From an uncultured Phycisphaerales bacterium (GTDB taxonomy: Bacteria; Planctomycetota; Phycisphaerae; Tepidisphaerales; Tepidisphaeraceae): a DNA stretch of 64,000 bases. Position 1 is the first letter of the stretch. Each line of letters begins with the position of its first letter. Where the stretch lies: NCBI GenBank assembly GCA_963755915.1, contig CAVWLP010000003.1, forward strand, positions 352,001 through 416,000, read 5' to 3'. The notes beneath the pieces are model-generated. The model was not told the DNA's origin. It saw only the letters and a list, made by a program, of their open reading frames with translations, and searched no databases. This document shows, piece after piece, positions 58,774 through 64,000 of this stretch. A program made the position numbers and the translations under genes.

Positions 58774-60026
58774 ATGCAATTGTCATCTTCCCAGGCGGAC
58801 GCGGATATTCGCAGACACCGCACGAGCGATGCCGTTGTGACGTTTCTGCGGCCGGACGGGAAGCCAGCAGTTGACCAGGAATTGATCGTCGAGCAGAAGT
58901 CGCACAAATTTCTTTTTGGCATCACCGGCGCCAGCGACATCGCGCTGGCCAATGGCGAACTGAGCGGGGAAGAAAATTGTGCGCAGAAGTTCACGCTGAA
59001 AAGCTTTTGCATCTTTTCAACTTTGTCACGCTTCCGTTTTATTGGGGGCGGTTTGAGCCGGAGCAGGGGAAGCCGGAGACGAAACGGCTGAAGGTCGCGG
59101 CGAAATTTTTTTTGGAGCGGGGGTGCCTCGTCAAAGGGCATCCGCTCTGCTGGCACACCGTCTGCGCCGACTGGCTGCTGCCGATGACGGTCGAGCAGAT
59201 CATCGAGACACAGCTTGGCCGGATCAGGCGGGAAGTAAACGATTTTTCCGGGCTGATTGACGTGTGGGACGTGATCAACGAAGTGGTGATCATGCCGATC
59301 TTCGATAAATACGACAACGCGGTGACGCGGATGTGCCGGAAGCTGGGGCGGATCGGGATGGTGCGGGAGACGTTCGCCGCGGCGCGGGCCACGAATCCGA
59401 ACTCGTTTCTGCTCCTGAACGATTTTGATCTGTCGGCCGCGTTCGAGTGTCTCATCGAAGGGTGCCTCGAGAATGGGATCAAGATCGATGCCCTGGGGCT
59501 TCAGTCGCATATGCACCAGGGGTACTGGGGAATCGAGAAGACGAACAATGTGCTGGAGCGGTATGCGCGGTATGGGCTGCCGCTGCATTTTACGGAGAGC
59601 ACGCTGGTTTCAGGGAAGATCATGCCGGCGGAGATTGTGGATCTGAATGATTACCAGGTGGCAGAGTGGCCGACGACCCCGGAGGGGGAAGCGCGGCATG
59701 CGGAGGAAGTGGTCACGCATTACAAGACGCTGATGGGGCATCCATCCGTGGAGGCGATCACCTGGTGGGGGCTGACGGATGGCGGGTGGCTGAAGGCGCC
59801 GTCGGGGCTGCTGCGCGTCGACAATTCCGCGAAGCCGGCGTATGAGGCGCTGGCGAATCTGGTGAAGCGCGACTGGTGGATGGGGCCGACGAAGATGCGG
59901 ACGGATGGGCGGGGGCAGCTTAAGTTCTCGGGATTCCTTGGTGAGTATGCTGCGAGGCATGATGCTGGAACTGCTTCGTTTGAATTGGGTCGGGGCGGGC
60001 CGTGGAATATTTCAGTGAGGCTGTGA
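58774..60026 (+). CDS. GH10 endo-xylanase-like glycoside hydrolase (frameshift near 58975)
   Basis: QKSHKFLFG N-domain; KGHPLCWH, WDVINE, LQSHMH and HFTE motifs. Confidence 0.88.
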
Positions 60027-60156
60027 ATTCTTGCCCCGCGCCCCTTCAATACAAAACTTTACAGTCCGCGACAAGATGATATCACCGCGGGGGAATTCGA
60101 TCTTGAGCTGTTGATGGACCGCGAGCGTCCTTTCCGTGGGCGATTGGGTCCGAAGA

Positions 60157-60522
60157 TCATTTCTGGGAATCTCGAATGTCGGAGGAAGACTCGTCTGGCA
60201 GAGATTTTGGTTCGCTTGCGTTGCCCTCAGGAGAGTTTTGCGTTGTCGTGCCGGCCATGGCCAGCACAGCCAGCGCCCAGGCCGGGAACAGCTCCAAGGC
60301 CGGTATTGCCTCTACAGCGAGGGCGACAAAAAGCTGCCAGCGGAATCCGAGAACGAATAACAGGGCGGCGGCGGTGACTGCATCCAGCAGCCATTGCGCG
60401 GGCGGGAACAGCACCACACCGAACGCCAGCGCATCCGACGCGACTGCGATAAGCAGAGCCCAGCGCCAGCGGGGAAGTTTCCACGCCGTCATGAAATTTT
60501 GAATCAGTTTTGGCGACGACAT
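60157..60522 (-). CDS. Small membrane protein
   Basis: 121-aa hydrophobic ORF with EAIPALELFPAW motif. Confidence 0.6.
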   Translation of the reverse strand: MSSPKLIQNFMTAWKLPRWRWALLIAVASDALAFGVVLFPPAQWLLDAVTAAALLFVLGFRWQLFVALAVEAIPALELFPAWALAVLAMAGTTTQNSPEGNASEPKSLPDESSSDIRDSQK

Positions 60523-60537
60523 GCGGCAAATTGGAGG

Positions 60538-61209
60538 TTATGTCGAACGACGACGAGTGCGCCCGAGCAATGCCGCGGTGGTGACGGCCAACAGGCCGAT
60601 AGACGCCGGTTCGGGGACGGTGGCAGTAGCGGAAATGGCGAGGAGGCCGGATTCGACGGAGTCGCCATCCGCGGGGGCGGAGAAGATCACTTCCTGCGAT
60701 GAATCGGATTCGACGAGGATCTGGAAGAGGGTGGGGACGTCGAAGTCGACGGGGGTGAGAGTGGCGGAATTGTCGGCGAGGGTGGCGTCGATCTCGGCGG
60801 GACCGTCGGTGCCGAGCCAGATGTCGAAGAGGGCGGGCTCGCCGGCGGTGACTTCGTAGCCGTTGTCGAAGCCGACGTAAATCCAGGGGGTATTGGTGGC
60901 TTCGCCGGGGCTGTTGGTGCCGCCGTAAGTGGTGAATTGGGGAGCGTAGGACTGGGGGACGTCGAAGTAGGCCTCACTGTTCAGGTCGTCGGCGAAATAG
61001 GGCTCGGTAAAGTCGGAGTGATCGACATAGGTGACGTCCCACCCCAGATCGCTCTGGGTGGCGGCGGTTCCGTCGAAGGTGACGGAATCGGTGGAATCGA
61101 AGGGAGTGGCGGAGACTTCTTCGATATAGGCCGCCGAGGCCGATTGGGCGAGGGACAAAAGCAAAAGTCCTGCGGCGGTTGCCGCGGCCGAGACGAGATT
61201 TGACCGCAT
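60538..61209 (-). CDS. PEP-CTERM sorting-domain surface protein
   Basis: SD AAGGAG, ATG 61209, signal peptide, acidic body, VPEPASIGLL...RTRRRST. Confidence 0.9.
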   Translation of the reverse strand: MRSNLVSAAATAAGLLLLSLAQSASAAYIEEVSATPFDSTDSVTFDGTAATQSDLGWDVTYVDHSDFTEPYFADDLNSEAYFDVPQSYAPQFTTYGGTNSPGEATNTPWIYVGFDNGYEVTAGEPALFDIWLGTDGPAEIDATLADNSATLTPVDFDVPTLFQILVESDSSQEVIFSAPADGDSVESGLLAISATATVPEPASIGLLAVTTAALLGRTRRRST

Positions 61210-61602
61210 TTTTTCGCTCTCCTTATGGAAATGTGGATTGCATTTGTATCGAAAGCATTCGATTCTGCGCCTGGGCTCCGGTAAACAGGCCACTAGTCGA
61301 GAGCGGGCGCGATTGCGCGGGGCAATTGCTCTGGCGGCCCTGGTGAAAGCCCTAAACGTGCGGCGGGAAAATAGCATGTTTCCGGTTGTTTCAAAGGATT
61401 TTTTTATCAGGTGCTTTGCGCGGCGGGCTGAGGCGCATTTCGTTTTAAGCAGGAAATTTGCCGTTTTTCGCACGTTTTGGGGGTGGTAAGCGGATTGGGT
61501 GGCTGGGAGCGACTTCGCGGTTTGCGACAAAGTGCGTCGTGAAAAAAGTCTATAAAATCTTCGGCGAATGCCCGCGCGGAGTTTGGCAGTAAGCGCCGTC
61601 CG

Positions 61603-61653
61603 CCCTCACCCCAGCCCTCTCCCAGAGGGGTGCGCCCCGCGTACTGGGAGAGG
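61603..61653. repeat. CCCTCACCCC..CCCTCTCCC REP-like element, copy 3
   Basis: CCCTCACCCCAGCCCTCTCCCAG...CTGGGAGAGG. Confidence 0.7.
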
Positions 61654-61782
61654 CGGAAAGCGGTGGATGCCGGGGCCAAGCTGTATTTGAATGCAAGTTA
61701 CAATCGGACTGAAAAAAATGCTCTGGCAGCGCCGGGACATGTGGTAGACTTTCCGCGCAACGGGACGGCGGGAGAGGACGCA

Positions 61783-64000
61783 ATGGACACGATTAAAGGG
61801 CGAGCGGAAGGTAAAAGGCGAGCGCGCGCGAGAATCGGACGTGCGGTGGGAGCGACAGTGGTGGGCATTGGGTTATCGCGGGCGGCGCTCGCGGTCGACT
61901 GGAACGGCACCGACCCAGGCAGCAGCGCAATCTCCACCACTGGGCTGACCGACAACTACGGCCAGTTCGTCGATGAATCGGTCATATACAACAACGACAT
62001 TGGCGCGAGGGGAACCTGCACATACCTGGGCAATGGATGGGTGCTCACAGCCCAGCACGTCGTGCAGAGCACCAACGGATACGGTACGTTTGCCCCGCTA
62101 AGCGATATTGAAGTCAACGTCTACGGAACCTACTACACCGCCGAATCCGAGGTGGGCTTCGGCAGCACCGACGCGATGCTCGTCCAACTCGCAGGCGCGA
62201 ATTCCGGGCCAATCACGCTTCTGCCCGGCGTGCAGCGAACGCAGATTTACACCGGCTCCAGCGAAAACGGCAATCTCGAGCAAGTCGGTGGCTTTGGCCT
62301 CTACGGCGAAATCAGCAGCGGCACCAATGGCACCAACACAACCTTTTACCGCGGCTTCAACGTCGCCTCTGCCGACGGAGGATTCATCGACGTCAACGCC
62401 GACGGCAATTCCAAGCTCGTCCAGGACGGATACGTCCTGGGATACCAGCAGGCCGGCGATAGCGGCAGCGGACTCTGGATGGACAATGGCCCCGACCAGG
62501 ATCTGAACCTCAATGACTGGTCGCTGATCGGGGTTTGCGATCAGGCGACGACGCCGGGATATTTCGGCGATGAGGGAAATTATTCGCGCGTCAGCAGTTT
62601 CGCCGGCACCATCGACAGCACCGTTTTCCCCCACGCCTGGCTGACCTGGAACGCCAACAACTCCACGACGACAGCCACGGATGGACCCGGGACCTGGAAC
62701 CTGAGCACCGCCAACTTCACCGATGGGACGAACTTTGCCTTCAACGGCCCCGAACAGACGCAGATCGTCACCTTCGGCGCCGGCAACGGGGCGGCGGGGA
62801 CGGTGACACTGGGGGCGACAATTCCCGTCGACTCGATCACATTCAATGCGGCGGGGAGCGGGAACTATACGATCGCGGGCGGCTCGGGCACTTCCCTGAA
62901 CTTGTCGCCCGACTCGATCATTACCACCAACGTGAACGCGACGATCAGCGCCGCGATGACGGGCGGCAGCAACTCCGACGAGGGATACGGCACCTTCCCC
63001 TCCTTCTGGAACGTCACCAAGAACGGCACCGCCACCCTCACCCTCACCGGCACGACATCGCTCGCTAGCGGCGTCGCTTTTTACGCCCGGGCGGGCACGA
63101 CTTTGCTTTCAAGCGGTAGCTTCGCGCCTGGCTTTTATACGTCGGTGGGCGTCTATACGGGCGACACCGCGACGCTCACGCTCAGCGGTAGCAGCACCTA
63201 CAGCGATGCCAGGCAGGATTTCAACCTCGCCGACCTGGGCGGCAATGGCACGCTGTACGTGCAGAACTCGGCATCGCTGACGGCGGGAACGATCTACGTC
63301 GGCAAGGGAAGCTCGGGACTGACAGGCGCGGGCGGGGTCGGCACGGTTAATCAGAGCGGCGGGACGGTCACGGCGTCGAGCATGTCGCTGGCTACAAATC
63401 ACCCGCTTAGCTCCGGGACGTACAATTTCAATGGCGGAAATCTCGTCACCGCCGCGATTACCGGCGGGCTGGGAACATCGACCTTCAATTTCAACGGCGG
63501 ACAGCTTGTGGCGTCGGCCAACTCGACGACCCTAATGCAAAACCTCACGAGTGCGACGATCAATGGGGCGGCGAACATTAATACCAACGGGTTTAACGTC
63601 ACGCTGAATCAGCCCCTGCTGCATTCCAACGCGGCGCCGACGATCGACGGTGGTTTATCCAAAGTTGGCGGCGGCACGCTGACGCTGGGGGGATTGAGCA
63701 CGTATACCGGGCCGACCGTTATCAGCGCGGGAACCGTGATGCTGAACCCCGCGGCCGGCGCGGCGGCGGTGGCGATTCAGCCGGTCGCGTCCTATTCCTT
63801 CGACAATGTCTCGGGGTCTACCGTCATCAACGGGGGGAGCGGCGGGTCGGCGATGAACGGGACACTGACGGGGAATGCGACCATCGTTTCCGGCGGAAGA
63901 TTCGGGAATGCGGTGAGCCTTTCCAACGGGGGGTCGGTTGTGGTGGACAATCCCATCACCGACACGGGAGGGGCGGCCAACTGGACGATTTCGGCATGGG
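61783..64000 (+). CDS. Large secreted protein: trypsin-like serine protease + autotransporter-associated beta-strand repeats + LamG-like domain (runs off the window)
   Basis: Open frame from ATG 61783 after GGAGAGG; WVLTAQH, STDAML, AGDSGSG; GGLSKVGGGTLTLGGLSTYTGPT; PVASYSFD...GRFGNAV; absent from the ORF track because there is no stop. Confidence 0.88.
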   Translation, partial: MDTIKGRAEGKRRARARIGRAVGATVVGIGLSRAALAVDWNGTDPGSSAISTTGLTDNYGQFVDESVIYNNDIGARGTCTYLGNGWVLTAQHVVQSTNGYGTFAPLSDIEVNVYGTYYTAESEVGFGSTDAMLVQLAGANSGPITLLPGVQRTQIYTGSSENGNLEQVGGFGLYGEISSGTNGTNTTFYRGFNVASADGGFIDVNADGNSKLVQDGYVLGYQQAGDSGSGLWMDNGPDQDLNLNDWSLIGVCDQATTPGYFGDEGNYSRVSSFAGTIDSTVFPHAWLTWNANNSTTTATDGPGTWNLSTANFTDGTNFAFNGPEQTQIVTFGAGNGAAGTVTLGATIPVDSITFNAAGSGNYTIAGGSGTSLNLSPDSIITTNVNATISAAMTGGSNSDEGYGTFPSFWNVTKNGTATLTLTGTTSLASGVAFYARAGTTLLSSGSFAPGFYTSVGVYTGDTATLTLSGSSTYSDARQDFNLADLGGNGTLYVQNSASLTAGTIYVGKGSSGLTGAGGVGTVNQSGGTVTASSMSLATNHPLSSGTYNFNGGNLVTAAITGGLGTSTFNFNGGQLVASANSTTLMQNLTSATINGAANINTNGFNVTLNQPLLHSNAAPTIDGGLSKVGGGTLTLGGLSTYTGPTVISAGTVMLNPAAGAAAVAIQPVASYSFDNVSGSTVINGGSGGSAMNGTLTGNATIVSGGRFGNAVSLSNGGSVVVDNPITDTGGAANWTISAW

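Overview
GC-rich bacterial chromosomal segment, most consistent with a Planctomycetota (Phycisphaerae/Tepidisphaerales-like) genome. Supporting signs are a planctomycete-type ECF sigma/Ser-Thr kinase pair, a PEP-CTERM protein, TPR-glycosyltransferases and short degenerate REP-like repeats. More than a dozen otherwise intact genes carry single-base frameshifts, so this is probably an unpolished long-read consensus and several genes had to be reconstructed across frames. Contents in order: sugar ABC transporter plus GH51; a candidate exopolysaccharide locus (Wzc-like pseudokinase, BcsA-like GT2 fused to a catalytically degenerate GH26 and probably to a second GH-A hydrolase, TPR/beta-barrel, polyprenyl-phosphate GT2, GT-C); GH53; sulfotransferase; a sigma54-associated XRE-cupin/APC permease pair; GT41-like TPR protein; toxin-antitoxin genes; an A+T-richer islet that truncates a vapC and carries a reconstructed DUF3800-like gene and an orphan with a hidden RNxxxH (HEPN-like) motif; two IS4-family elements with IRs and 9-bp target duplications; mlaEFD; thrS-infC-rpmI-rplT with a candidate structured RNA before infC; a two-copy, highly structured ~400-nt non-coding element; glpK; STK/ECF; hldE; an elaB-like operon; lipB; GH10; a PEP-CTERM protein; and a large trypsin-like protease/beta-strand-repeat/LamG protein running off the window end. 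No CRISPR array, tRNA or rRNA was seen.
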